From NCBI GenBank assembly GCA_026416535.1, contig JAOAFA010000050.1:1904-65903 (forward strand): a stretch of DNA of 64,000 nucleotides. The letters run 5' to 3'. The translations under genes and the position numbers were made by a program. The DNA is from Deltaproteobacteria bacterium. Its GTDB lineage: Bacteria; Myxococcota; SpSt-1050. Numbering within the stretch: position 1 is the first letter of the stretch; each line of letters starts with the position of its first letter. Positions 53,518-63,066 of this stretch are shown piece after piece. The notes below the pieces were generated by a model that saw only the letters and a program-made list of their open reading frames with translations, was not told the DNA's origin and made no database searches.

Positions 53518-54159
53518 TTAAGCATTCATATTAGAACATTTATAAAAAAGCAATCTCAATTGTTCTTTAAGTTTTTTCTTATAAAAATCCACTCCTGTCA
53601 CATCTAAATGCTCCTCAATATATATAGGGTCTGAAAAATATATTACTATTTTTGCAAAAGGTGGGGCTACTACAAACATATCCCAAGAATTTTTTAGTCT
53701 GTACATAGGTTTAGCTATAGCTGATACACATACTATAGGGGCACCTGTTTTCTGTGCAAGCCTAATTACACCACTTTTGACTTCCTCTAACGGTCCTCTG
53801 GGACCATCAACAGTAATGGCCGCTGATTCACCCCTATTTACAAGTTCAACAAGCTCATTTAACGCCTCTAACCCCCTTTTTGAGGATGAACCCCTAACAA
53901 CACCAAAACCAAGTCTACGAAGAACCTGCGATGCGATCTCTCCATCTTTAGATAAACTAACAAGTACATTTATCTTGAAGGGTGCTCTATAAGAAGCTAT
54001 TATCATTTGATAAGAATGAAATAATGCAAATATAGGAGGTCTTTTCATATTACTAAGGAATCCCTCATTATATGCCTTATATCTATAACTTTTTATTAAT
54101 CGACTTATCAAAATGGATGAAAAAGTCAATGCTGGGGATGCAAACCTAATATCTAACAT
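53518..54159 (-). CDS. DUF374-family (lysophospholipid-acyltransferase-like) protein
   Basis: LVSLSKDGEIASQVLRRLGFGVVRGSSSKRGLEAL...ITVDGPRGP...GVIRLAQKTGAPIV is the DUF374 signature. ATG 54159 with GGGGG upstream. 14-nt overlap with capA. Confidence 0.75.
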   Translation of the reverse strand: MLDIRFASPALTFSSILISRLIKSYRYKAYNEGFLSNMKRPPIFALFHSYQMIIASYRAPFKINVLVSLSKDGEIASQVLRRLGFGVVRGSSSKRGLEALNELVELVNRGESAAITVDGPRGPLEEVKSGVIRLAQKTGAPIVCVSAIAKPMYRLKNSWDMFVVAPPFAKIVIYFSDPIYIEEHLDVTGVDFYKKKLKEQLRLLFYKCSNMNA

Positions 54160-55450
54160 ACTCTGCCCCCAGAGTTGACTTAATGATATCTAACCTTACC
54201 AATAGATTTTCAAGCTCAAGCAACAATTGCTTTTTCCTTCTATTATCTTGTTCTGATTTTAACCCCTTTTGAATTTCATCTATTCTCTCAAAGATAGGTA
54301 ATACATAAATCTCAAGTTTCTTCTCAAGACCCCTTGAATAAAAAATATTATTATTGTGGGTCCATAAAGGCACAAAATAGAGCTCAGAAACAACACAGAA
54401 GGAAAATGAGCCAAAAGAATATTTCTTTATCTTAAACCTCAAAATTGCTGAATCCCTTGTCCTTCCTTCATCCAGAGGAGAGATTGGATAAAAATAGTTT
54501 CTACTCTGGTTTGAAATAAAATTCCCCATTGAAAATATGACAGGCACTACTGACCCCTCATCCGATGCCATTAATTCAAAAGTTTGGAGTACATGTGGAT
54601 GTCCTCCAATTACAATATCCGCACCGGCATTTACCAATTGGCTCGCTATCTCTCTCTGAACTGAATCTGGTTCTTTAAGATATTCCTGCCCCCAATGAAT
54701 ATAAACAATTATCACATCATATTTACCCCTTGCATCCTCTATGGCAGGAATATCAACATTGTTATCATATTTTCTTACATATTCATTGAGGGAACTATAG
54801 TCAGGCAGATTGTTTAAAAGTGTTGTAAACCCAAATATTGCTACTCTCATCCCATTCTTCTCTATGACCAAAGGTACAGGTTTATCTCCATTCAATCTAC
54901 TATAAAATCCCATGTACATAACTTTTTCACTGTTAAATAATTTCAATGTCTCAACAAACCCATCAATACCTTGATCATAAATATGATTATTAGCAATATT
55001 AAAGACATTTATGTTTGCCCTACTTGCCGCCCTCAAAAGTCCGATCTCTGAATTAAATACAAAAGGTCTACCAGTATCACCTGTAGATGGTGCAATAGGC
55101 GACTCAAAATTTGCTATAGTTATATCGGATTTCAGTTTATCACTTACCTTTTCAAAAAGATAGTCATAGCCATCGTTATTTACACTAACACCGTTTTTAA
55201 CAATATTATGATGAGAAGCAGATTTTTTTACATTTTGATGCGGTATTATATCACCCACAGCCGATACTGACAATTCACCATCCAGTTTTAACAACCCCTC
55301 GTGACCATCAGCCTTCTGAATTGACCTCGATATACCATGAACCTCAAACTTTACTATTGTCTTAGGATAATCTGATGCTATCTGACTAGTGCTTCTACAA
55401 TCCAGAAATAAAATTATAATCAGAGTTACTATTAAATACTTCCTACTCAT
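54146..55450 (-). CDS. CapA/PGA_cap-family metallophosphatase lipoprotein
   Basis: Lipobox IILFLDC. Motifs SVSAVGDIIPH, IANFESPI, NIANNHIYDQG, IHWGQEY, IGGHPHVLQ. ATGA overlap with the upstream gene. Confidence 0.85.
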   Translation of the reverse strand: MSRKYLIVTLIIILFLDCRSTSQIASDYPKTIVKFEVHGISRSIQKADGHEGLLKLDGELSVSAVGDIIPHQNVKKSASHHNIVKNGVSVNNDGYDYLFEKVSDKLKSDITIANFESPIAPSTGDTGRPFVFNSEIGLLRAASRANINVFNIANNHIYDQGIDGFVETLKLFNSEKVMYMGFYSRLNGDKPVPLVIEKNGMRVAIFGFTTLLNNLPDYSSLNEYVRKYDNNVDIPAIEDARGKYDVIIVYIHWGQEYLKEPDSVQREIASQLVNAGADIVIGGHPHVLQTFELMASDEGSVVPVIFSMGNFISNQSRNYFYPISPLDEGRTRDSAILRFKIKKYSFGSFSFCVVSELYFVPLWTHNNNIFYSRGLEKKLEIYVLPIFERIDEIQKGLKSEQDNRRKKQLLLELENLLVRLDIIKSTLGAEYVRY

Positions 55451-57000
55451 TTTTTCCTTTTTTCATAAAGTTTTATCTCTATGGATGCTATGGTATTATT
55501 AGGATCGAGTTTCAACAGCTTCTTGAAACTATCAATCATCTTCTCTTCATTCTTTATAGCCTTATACAAATAACCTAAAAACAAAAAAAGATCTGGCATC
55601 TCTCTCTTTCTAGCTATCTGCTCGAGTGAACTTATTATTTTATTTATTTCGGATAAATCAGTGGGTTTCTCTTTCAAAAACTTACCCCATAAATAATATA
55701 CCTTATATTCTTCGTCAGGATTCTTCTTTATTATTTCTTCCAATATCTGCAGACCAGTCTCAACATTTCTGTTGTTTTTTATTAACGCCTTTGCCCTAAT
55801 AAATTTTGCTTCCTCTTCCAAAATAGAACTGATATCGACCTCCGACTTACCATCCTTACTTTGTTTTATAGACTCCAAATAATCTTTGCGACTCTCAGAT
55901 TTCTCTAACCTCTGGTAAGCCTCATTTATTAGGGCAAATATATCCTCATAACATTTCTTTATCTTTTTAGAAGCATCAACTGTAACAATATCAGGATGAT
56001 ATTTTTTAGCAAGAGCAAGATATGCCTTTTTTACCTGCGCATCACTGGCATCCTCGGATATACCCAATCTCTCAAAAAAGTTTTTCTTTTTTAATTCCTC
56101 AAAGAGTATTTCGAGTTCTCGAACCCTTGTATCTTCTTCGGTCTTTACTTCAATGGCAGCATCGCCACTCTTGCTAACAACATTTGATAAAGATGCATTA
56201 CATTTACTAGCCATATCACTCTGCGTTTTTTCAACATAAAACACCGATTCAAATGTTTCATTCCCTCTTTTCATATCTATAAATGAGCACAGTTTAAAGT
56301 AGTATGCCGCCTTTAATTTATAAATATGCTCAGAATTCTTTGGATCTATTATCGGTAAAAAATCCACAAATTTATCAGAAGAGTATATAGCTTTTAAATA
56401 TCTCAATTCTTTCGGACCTAATCTGGCACTTTCAACTGTCAAGCCCGATGATTTAACAATAATGTTTATATCGTTATGTCTTGAAAAGAGTCTTAAAAAA
56501 TATTCATCTGGCAAATAGCTAAAAATAACAGTTTTAACTGCATCAACAGTATTGAATCTGAGATTCACAGAGAATGGATAGGTACCTTCTATTCTATAAA
56601 AAATATACATCCCCTTCAAAATAGAGGCTATCTGACCTAATACACAGATGAGAAATTCATTTATCAACTGAATAATCTCATGGCTCTTAATAAAACCAAG
56701 AGTCATTAAAATATCCGCAGTGCTCTTTTCTCCACTCTGAACAAGCTTTTTTACATCGTTCAACTGTTCATCTGTAATTCTTCCCTTTTTTCTCATAAAA
56801 CCAGCTAGAGAGAATTCAGCATTTTCAGACTCAATATTCACAATATCACCCATATATAAAAAAACCTTAATGATACTCCCATTCGCCACAATTTCAATAT
56901 ATCCGTTTTCTTTAAGCACCCCCAACCTGATCATTAATTCATATATATTGATCTTAGATAAATCACCTTTATATATGGGTTTTATATTTGCATCTCGCAT
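55447..57000 (-). CDS. J-domain protein with DUF4388-like N-terminal domain and C-terminal TPR-like region
   Basis: J-domain FFERLGISEDASDAQVKKAYLALAKKYHPDIV with an intact HPD. The N-terminus (GDLSKINIYELMIRLGVLKENGYIEI) resembles DUF4388. Start set to ATG 57000, 2 nt after the Memo stop. The track start is TTG 57015. Confidence 0.8.
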   Translation of the reverse strand: MRDANIKPIYKGDLSKINIYELMIRLGVLKENGYIEIVANGSIIKVFLYMGDIVNIESENAEFSLAGFMRKKGRITDEQLNDVKKLVQSGEKSTADILMTLGFIKSHEIIQLINEFLICVLGQIASILKGMYIFYRIEGTYPFSVNLRFNTVDAVKTVIFSYLPDEYFLRLFSRHNDINIIVKSSGLTVESARLGPKELRYLKAIYSSDKFVDFLPIIDPKNSEHIYKLKAAYYFKLCSFIDMKRGNETFESVFYVEKTQSDMASKCNASLSNVVSKSGDAAIEVKTEEDTRVRELEILFEELKKKNFFERLGISEDASDAQVKKAYLALAKKYHPDIVTVDASKKIKKCYEDIFALINEAYQRLEKSESRKDYLESIKQSKDGKSEVDISSILEEEAKFIRAKALIKNNRNVETGLQILEEIIKKNPDEEYKVYYLWGKFLKEKPTDLSEINKIISSLEQIARKREMPDLFLFLGYLYKAIKNEEKMIDSFKKLLKLDPNNTIASIEIKLYEKRKK

Positions 57001-57002
57001 AT

Positions 57003-57815
57003 TCACACAAAACAAGCCCCCACATATCCAACTACGTTCTCATAATTTCCATCTACAGCACTACTGGTATCATATCTTTTAATCAAACAGTGGGTAGACC
57101 CTAATGAACGACTGAGAATTATATTAAGAGCCGTGCACTCATAACCACACATCGAGATCTTTTCCTCATCTATGACCCTTTTTAACTCTACTTCATCCAT
57201 CCGTTCAATACATCGCAAAAGTAGTTTGTCTTTCCTTATAGTCTCATCATAACTCTCATAATGAGAGAGATCACTAGTAGACAGAAATAATACATCTCTA
57301 TAATCTCTGAAAAAAGAGACCATCTTTGATGCAATTTCTGACAGCAAATTAGAATCAATTTTTTTAATGAGTAATGGGACAACCCTTACTTCACTCAGCA
57401 TAAACTTCAAGATCGGGAGTTGCACCTCTATTGAGTGCTCGATTAGATGTGCACTAATATCATCCTTTACAATATTAATTTCAGAGATAAGTCTCTTGGC
57501 AATCTCAGAATTTATATCAACATCCCCTATAGGGGTACTAAACCTACCCTCCGAGATAATGGCTATTTCAGAACCAAGCCCACTATGATTTGGAGCCAAA
57601 ATAATAATATTACTCGGAATTTCTATACACTTCAGAACTGACATAGAAACAATGCCAGAATAATGATACGCAGCATGAGGGAGTATTATACCCTTAGCAT
57701 TTAATTTTTTGTGAGCAACTTCGACTCTACTATAAAAGTCTTGAAGCATCGCCACTAAAGTTTTAGGTTTATCAGGATAAAACCTACCGGCAAACTTTGA
57801 TTCCCTAATAATCAT
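57003..57815 (-). CDS. AmmeMemoRadiSam system protein B (MEMO1 family)
   Basis: SKFAGRFYP, GIILPHAAYHYSG, ILAPNHSG and STSDLSHYES are the Memo-family metal-site motifs. Confidence 0.85.
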   Translation of the reverse strand: MIIRESKFAGRFYPDKPKTLVAMLQDFYSRVEVAHKKLNAKGIILPHAAYHYSGIVSMSVLKCIEIPSNIIILAPNHSGLGSEIAIISEGRFSTPIGDVDINSEIAKRLISEINIVKDDISAHLIEHSIEVQLPILKFMLSEVRVVPLLIKKIDSNLLSEIASKMVSFFRDYRDVLFLSTSDLSHYESYDETIRKDKLLLRCIERMDEVELKRVIDEEKISMCGYECTALNIILSRSLGSTHCLIKRYDTSSAVDGNYENVVGYVGACFV

Positions 57816-57827
57816 TGACTGCCCCGC

Positions 57828-58325
57828 CTAACTACTCCTTTTTCTCTTTTGTTTTCTAATTTTTTTACCAGTCTTCTTTTTCCTCCGTTTTACTTTTCTT
57901 TGCATCCCAGAAGCTAACTTAGATTCAACCGTTACTGTAACCCCTGCATTTTTCTTCTTTTTCTGCTTCTTGTCCCTTTCATCACTATCTCTCGGTGTTA
58001 ATAATTCATGCTCTAAAACATCACTTAAAAGCTTTTTTGCCCTCTCAGAGAGATTTTTGAACTTAATACCCATCCCAGGATTTTCAGCTGTTCCATTATG
58101 AACAACAACTCCTAATGATTCCAAATAACATCCAAATTGTGGAATATTAAAACTGATCTTTATCTCTGTTCCCACAGGAAGTGGATTTGTCGACTTAACA
58201 AACACACCTCCTAAAGATAAGTTTGTCCCAATCTCAGAGAAAAATTGATCAATGGTTCTATAATTAATAAACACTCTTACTGGCTTCCTCTCTTCTTTTC
58301 TTACCTCGACCAAAGTCTTGCCCAT
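57828..58325 (-). CDS. PilZ-domain c-di-GMP-binding protein with poly-Lys C-terminal tail
   Basis: Both PilZ motifs are intact: RKPVR (RxxxR) and NLSLGG (D/NxSxxG). Start set to ATG 58325 (MGKTLVEV...) with AAAGGAGGA 5 nt upstream. The track start 58448 adds 41 implausible residues. Confidence 0.8.
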   Translation of the reverse strand: MGKTLVEVRKEERKPVRVFINYRTIDQFFSEIGTNLSLGGVFVKSTNPLPVGTEIKISFNIPQFGCYLESLGVVVHNGTAENPGMGIKFKNLSERAKKLLSDVLEHELLTPRDSDERDKKQKKKKNAGVTVTVESKLASGMQRKVKRRKKKTGKKIRKQKRKRSS

Positions 58326-58353
58326 TAATCCTCCTTTCAGAACGAGGTGTAAT

Positions 58354-58382
58354 ATAATATATTGAATTGAACAATTTTGCAA
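58354..58382 (-). promoter_or_regulatory. Candidate sigma70-type promoter of the PilZ...Nif-like operon (TTGCAA-17-TATTAT)
   Basis: The minus strand reads TTGCAAaattgttcaattcaataTATTAT with a 17-nt spacer, ending ~28 nt before ATG 58325. Confidence 0.35.
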
Positions 58383-58609
58383 CAAATCAAACGGTATATT
58401 ACCCCAACCATCTGTCACTACTAGCGGCACCCTCAACCCCAATAGCAATAATACTTAAATTGTCTCTGCACAATGATTACTTTTAGAAATTATTTGAAAA
58501 GTATAATACGATGAAAAATGTTAGGAAACACAGTATATTAAACAATCAAATTATAGGAGGAGGTTTACGATAAAATAGTGAAAAAACTTTAGAAGCAAAA
58601 TTTAATGCC

Positions 58610-59270
58610 CAAGGAGTTGTTTTAGTCTATGAACCTTACCTATTCCGCGGAACAAATAGAAGAGATAAAGTAGGAACGTTAAGGACAATTGAACCCCAGA
58701 GAATCCTTTTTATCTTTTTATAGATGCCTATTTATATGAACATCAAGGATGAAGACACTACAAGGGTGAAGAATGAGGTGGGTTGATAGACTTAGGTGTA
58801 AGGAAGAGTCTCTTGGGACATCATATTTATTTGTGTAGTGAGTCCATGAGTGAGTGTTTGGAGATTTTAAATAATCTTGTTAAGAGTAGTCTTAAGATGC
58901 GATGCTTGTAGTATCTGATGATTTTAGTGGACTAAGTTCTGTGATAAAAGTCATTCTTCCAGAGACAGACTATCAGTTATGCCTGGTACATATGGAAAGG
59001 AATATAAAGAGGAATATGACTAAAGGAGATACAAAAATTTTCTGTGGGGAAGTGGGAATAATAAATAAGGTGAATGATTCTGAAAAGACGTTATTAAGAT
59101 TTGAGGAGTTATGTAAGAGATTTGAGAAGAGGTATCCAGCATATATGAAGATGTCTTATTTATGAACTCCAAAATGTTAGTCCAAGAAGCTTATCAGTTT
59201 TCAGAAAGCCTCCTAAAAGTTTAGACAAAAACCGGGTAATAGTGCAAATTATAAGCCTCTGATACAAACT
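58610..59270 (+). pseudogene. Decayed IS256-family (Mutator-type) transposase relic
   Basis: Track ORF 58902..59165 reads LVVSDDFSGLSSVIKVILPETDYQLCLVHMERNIKRNM...EKRYPAYMK (cf. IS256 'vvsDg.kGl..ai..vfP.a..QrC.vH..RN...kv...kYP'). My translation upstream recovers ESMSECLEILNNLVKSSLK (cf. 'es.kfWl.vLndLk.RGv') and earlier pieces in other frames, with many stops. The N- and C-termini are missing. Confidence 0.65.
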
Positions 59271-59323
59271 CAATACTTCATACTCTATCAAAAGTAACAC
59301 CTTATTCCTCCTACTTAATAAAA

Positions 59324-61117
59324 TCAAAAATCTAATCTCGTTATATATTTTTTTACCCCTATAAAATCATGTCTTAGAAAAATCACAAAATCCTTACAAA
59401 AATCATTACCTTTTAGGATATTTTTATTTATAATCATGTCTTTCAAATATACCAAATCTTGCTCACAACTATTCCCCCAAAAAATATCATATCCGCTATC
59501 ACTATTACAGTTGCTACTTAAATATATGTTTTGGTTGTCATATCCAATTATATTCAAATCACATTCAATTAGGTAATCTGGTCTACTAATATAATTTAGT
59601 GTATTTATTTGGTAATTAACCAACAACTGATACAAACCGTCACCCCACTCAATCTCAATATGGTCTATCATATAATCATTACCAAGCCCAAAGTGAAGGG
59701 TCTCTGTATTTTGCTGACCAAATCCCGAATTTGTATATTCAATTCCTCTTGTCAAAACCTTAAGCTTTTGACCATCATTTAAAAAAACTCGAATCTTAAA
59801 ACCTGGGTAATCGACATATCCCCTACTTGACAGTTTAAATTGAATAAAATCCCCGGGATAGTTACATTTATTTTCAAAAACCTTGATTGTTCTGTTCAGC
59901 TCCCCCTTGTATTTACCTGCAACTACTATATCCAGACAACCATCTCCATTCAAATCAATATATGCAGAACCAAGGGAATCATATATATGAATACCTGATA
60001 CAAATGATGTATCACCAAAATACGGAGACTCACTGATACCGGTAAAAAATTTTGAAAATGAATACTCATAGTCATAAACCTGAGTCAAAAAAATATCTAA
60101 GATACCATCATTATTAAAATCTGCAACAACCGAACTACTAAATAACTCATCTTTAAAAACCCCATTAATCTTTGAACCTACCTGGTCAATTCTTATTCCA
60201 GAAATCTCTCTTACATCTACATAGCTATTCTTAATCTTATCAAAAATCAAAAGTTCTGACTTCTTATTAAATCTCCCTCTTTCATAATCATTATGCGCTA
60301 GATTAGTTACTACTATATCCATTATCCCGTCATTATTTAAATCCTCAATAGATACACCTATTGTATGGGAACCGGCAAAATTATTTATACCAGATGAAAA
60401 AGAAGATGCATTAATATTAATTGCCTCGTTTGAAAACTCCCCTGTATCCATCTGCATAAATAATAAATTGGGAAATAATCTATAATTACAAACATAAAAA
60501 TCCACTAAATTATCATTGTTGATATCTTTTGAAACTACACACCTTGATGGCATCTTTATCTTACTCATCTGGGACCTTAATAAGAAAGACACATCATAAA
60601 AAGTTAGATCCCCATTTGATGCATATATATAATCTTGAAAATATTCATCTTTATATTCATAATTTGCACAATATATCAACCCATGCTTGTAATTTTTATG
60701 AGGAATAAATCCAATAGCCTCAGTGTGAATACAATTCTCAAATCCAACGAAATCATTTACCTTGTCAAAATAGCCATTACAATTATTTTTATAAATTTGA
60801 ATACTATGGCTAACTCCATAAAATATTATATCGGGACATGTATCGCCGTCTATTTCAATAAAGGTGCCATGCCCTCTAGCTTCAGATAGACCTGTTTCAT
60901 GTGTAACATCCTTGAAAAAGACACCATGATAGCTAATGTTTTTTAACAACTGATTATCTATGAGTATATCCTCAAGACCATCATTATCAAAATCCCTAAT
61001 AGAAACAAATGAACCATATATTTCCCTATGAGGCATTGCAGTTTCTGTAATATCAATAAACTCCGGTATACCCGCAGACCATGATAATATACCTAATAAG
61101 TAAGGCACTATTCTCAT
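59324..61117 (-). CDS. CRTAC1-like FG-GAP/VCBS-repeat protein with ASPIC/UnbV-like C-terminal domain
   Basis: Repeated DxNxDGxxD units (DFDNDGLEDILI, DLNNDGIMDIVV, DFNNDGILDIFL, DLNGDGCLDIVV) and LHFGLGNDYMIDHIEIEWGDG near the C-terminus. Confidence 0.7.
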   Translation of the reverse strand: MRIVPYLLGILSWSAGIPEFIDITETAMPHREIYGSFVSIRDFDNDGLEDILIDNQLLKNISYHGVFFKDVTHETGLSEARGHGTFIEIDGDTCPDIIFYGVSHSIQIYKNNCNGYFDKVNDFVGFENCIHTEAIGFIPHKNYKHGLIYCANYEYKDEYFQDYIYASNGDLTFYDVSFLLRSQMSKIKMPSRCVVSKDINNDNLVDFYVCNYRLFPNLLFMQMDTGEFSNEAININASSFSSGINNFAGSHTIGVSIEDLNNDGIMDIVVTNLAHNDYERGRFNKKSELLIFDKIKNSYVDVREISGIRIDQVGSKINGVFKDELFSSSVVADFNNDGILDIFLTQVYDYEYSFSKFFTGISESPYFGDTSFVSGIHIYDSLGSAYIDLNGDGCLDIVVAGKYKGELNRTIKVFENKCNYPGDFIQFKLSSRGYVDYPGFKIRVFLNDGQKLKVLTRGIEYTNSGFGQQNTETLHFGLGNDYMIDHIEIEWGDGLYQLLVNYQINTLNYISRPDYLIECDLNIIGYDNQNIYLSSNCNSDSGYDIFWGNSCEQDLVYLKDMIINKNILKGNDFCKDFVIFLRHDFIGVKKYITRLDF

Positions 61118-61214
61118 ACTAACCTACAAAATACAATGAATGACATATTATGTCAAAACACTTTAAAATTGCTCTAGATAAAGGCAAAAATACTGTGTAT
61201 ATATATTCCTAGTT

Positions 61215-62219
61215 ATGAACTTGAAGAAAGCTATAACTTTTATATTGCTACTTCACCTTTTTACCTGCGAGATAAGGGAATACAAAAACAACTACTATAT
61301 ATATGTGAACGATGAAACCAACTCTAGTGAAGATATCAATGACACAAACGTCTTAGTAGATGTATCCTCAAGCAAAAAATACAGCTGTATGAAATATAAC
61401 CTCTCATTTTCAACCGACAACGATGAGGGTGATATTTACATCCCTACGGATACCGGTACTCAATTTTATCCTATTATTTTACTACAAGGTTCCGATTTAA
61501 GTAAAGACAATTACAATAAAATCTCTGAGTTGATATGCAACAATGGATTTATAGTAGTAACTTTTGATCACTATAAAGAAAGTTTTTCTGGCAAGCATTT
61601 ATATGCTGAACAAAATGCTACAAACAAGGTGTATTATAAACTCCTTGAGATTTCTAATTTGAAAGACTCAATTTTATTTGGCAGGATGAAGAAAGACAAA
61701 TTCATACTTTTAGGACATTCTTATGGAGCGGCATGTGGTCTTTTTATGATAGGTAACGAATGTAAATGGCCGTTCTGCTCAGAAACATATGAGAGACCCT
61801 ACCAACTATCAGGTGGTATCTTTTATGGTATAAGTCTTAAATCTCCATTTGGTGAAAAATACTACCAAATAAAAAACGATAATATACCTATACTTCTTAT
61901 TGCTGGCGACAATGACGGGGTAATAAAATACGAACACGCAGAAAAAACACTTGCTTCAATACAATCTCAACCAAAGTTTCTAGTAAAACTAAAGAATGCA
62001 AATCATTATGCAATAAACGATGAAAACCCACCTAAAGGCGCGGACGCAGATAAAAATATTCAACAATTAAATCAAGAAACAGGCCTTGAAATTATATCCT
62101 CTCTTACAACATCATTTATTATAGAATATGTCATAAAAGAGATAAATACCCACGGTCACTTTGAAAAGACCGTAAATAAATTTATCGAATACATTGAACT
62201 CAAAAAAGACTTTTATTAA
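61215..62219 (+). CDS. Secreted/lipoprotein alpha/beta hydrolase (dienelactone-hydrolase/chlorophyllase/PAF-AH-like)
   Basis: Signal LLLHLFTC. Nucleophile elbow FILLGHSYGAACG. Later LLIAGDNDGV (Asp) and NANHYA (His), in the canonical order. Confidence 0.65.
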   Translation: MNLKKAITFILLLHLFTCEIREYKNNYYIYVNDETNSSEDINDTNVLVDVSSSKKYSCMKYNLSFSTDNDEGDIYIPTDTGTQFYPIILLQGSDLSKDNYNKISELICNNGFIVVTFDHYKESFSGKHLYAEQNATNKVYYKLLEISNLKDSILFGRMKKDKFILLGHSYGAACGLFMIGNECKWPFCSETYERPYQLSGGIFYGISLKSPFGEKYYQIKNDNIPILLIAGDNDGVIKYEHAEKTLASIQSQPKFLVKLKNANHYAINDENPPKGADADKNIQQLNQETGLEIISSLTTSFIIEYVIKEINTHGHFEKTVNKFIEYIELKKDFY

Positions 62220-62222
62220 TGT

Positions 62223-62999
62223 ATGGACGTCGAGATCTTCTCACTAAATTTTTTACTGTTAACAATCATGATTTTTTTAGGGGGATTTGTGGATTCAATA
62301 GCAGGTGGTGGTGGTATTATTACATTACCTGCATACCTTGCATTCGGTATACCACCTCATATGTCTTTAGGAACAAATAAATTTTCTGGGTTTTTTGGAA
62401 CACTCTTTGCATCTTTTAAATATGTTAGACACAATGCTGTTGATATTCGCATAGCCATTATAGCCACCTTCTCGTCAATATTTGGATCAGCAATCGGTTC
62501 TAAGGTAGCTACACACACATCTGAGGAGCTTATTCAGATGGTCGTTTTAATCATTACCCCTATAGTACTTATCCTCTTTCTCCTAAAAGATACGCTAATC
62601 TCATATAAAAAAGATTCAAAACTACCCAATTCAAAATATAAAAATGCTTATGCAATATCTATCGGAGTCTTCATAGGATTTTATGATGGATTTTTTGGAC
62701 CCGGCACAGGAACATTTATGGCTATCACATTCAACTTACTATTAAAACTTGATCTAATTATTGCGTCAGGAACTGCTAGACTTTGCAACTTAGGTAGCAA
62801 TTTAGGGTCGCTTATCGTATTTTTAGTAAATAACAAAGTATTATTTCCGTTAGCATTCTTTACAGCTATATCAGGAATACTCGGTAATATGTTAGGCTCA
62901 TCAATCGCCCTAAAAAAAGGAGAAAAAATAATTAAACCTCTCATTACCTTCGTAATGATACTACTAATAATTGAAATTGTAAGAAAAAGATTTTTTTAA
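62223..62999 (+). CDS. TSUP (TauE/SafE) family anion exporter
   Basis: About 8 TM helices. GGFVDSIAGGGGIITLPAYL and the repeated half-motif are typical of the family. Confidence 0.85.
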   Translation: MDVEIFSLNFLLLTIMIFLGGFVDSIAGGGGIITLPAYLAFGIPPHMSLGTNKFSGFFGTLFASFKYVRHNAVDIRIAIIATFSSIFGSAIGSKVATHTSEELIQMVVLIITPIVLILFLLKDTLISYKKDSKLPNSKYKNAYAISIGVFIGFYDGFFGPGTGTFMAITFNLLLKLDLIIASGTARLCNLGSNLGSLIVFLVNNKVLFPLAFFTAISGILGNMLGSSIALKKGEKIIKPLITFVMILLIIEIVRKRFF

Positions 63000-63066
63000 T
63001 AAACTTTTCTCTTGCATTGAAGATATGAATATTATCTAATTTCTCTGAACCTGGGGAATCAAAAAT

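Noticed and set aside
58326-58448. N-terminal extensions proposed by the ORF track (for example PilZ from 58448, esterase from 26835, DUF58 from 24605, BatA-like from 23695, J-protein from 57015, lipoproteins from 44194 and 38477)
   Set aside because: These extensions begin at TTG or GTG codons, or overlap the upstream gene. Each bypasses an ATG with a strong GGAGG-type SD and, where relevant, a proper signal peptide. The shorter starts were adopted.
58902-59165. ORF 58902..59165 as an intact small gene
   Set aside because: It is an internal fragment of an IS256-type transposase. The flanking fragments are in other frames, and both the N-terminal and C-terminal parts are lacking.
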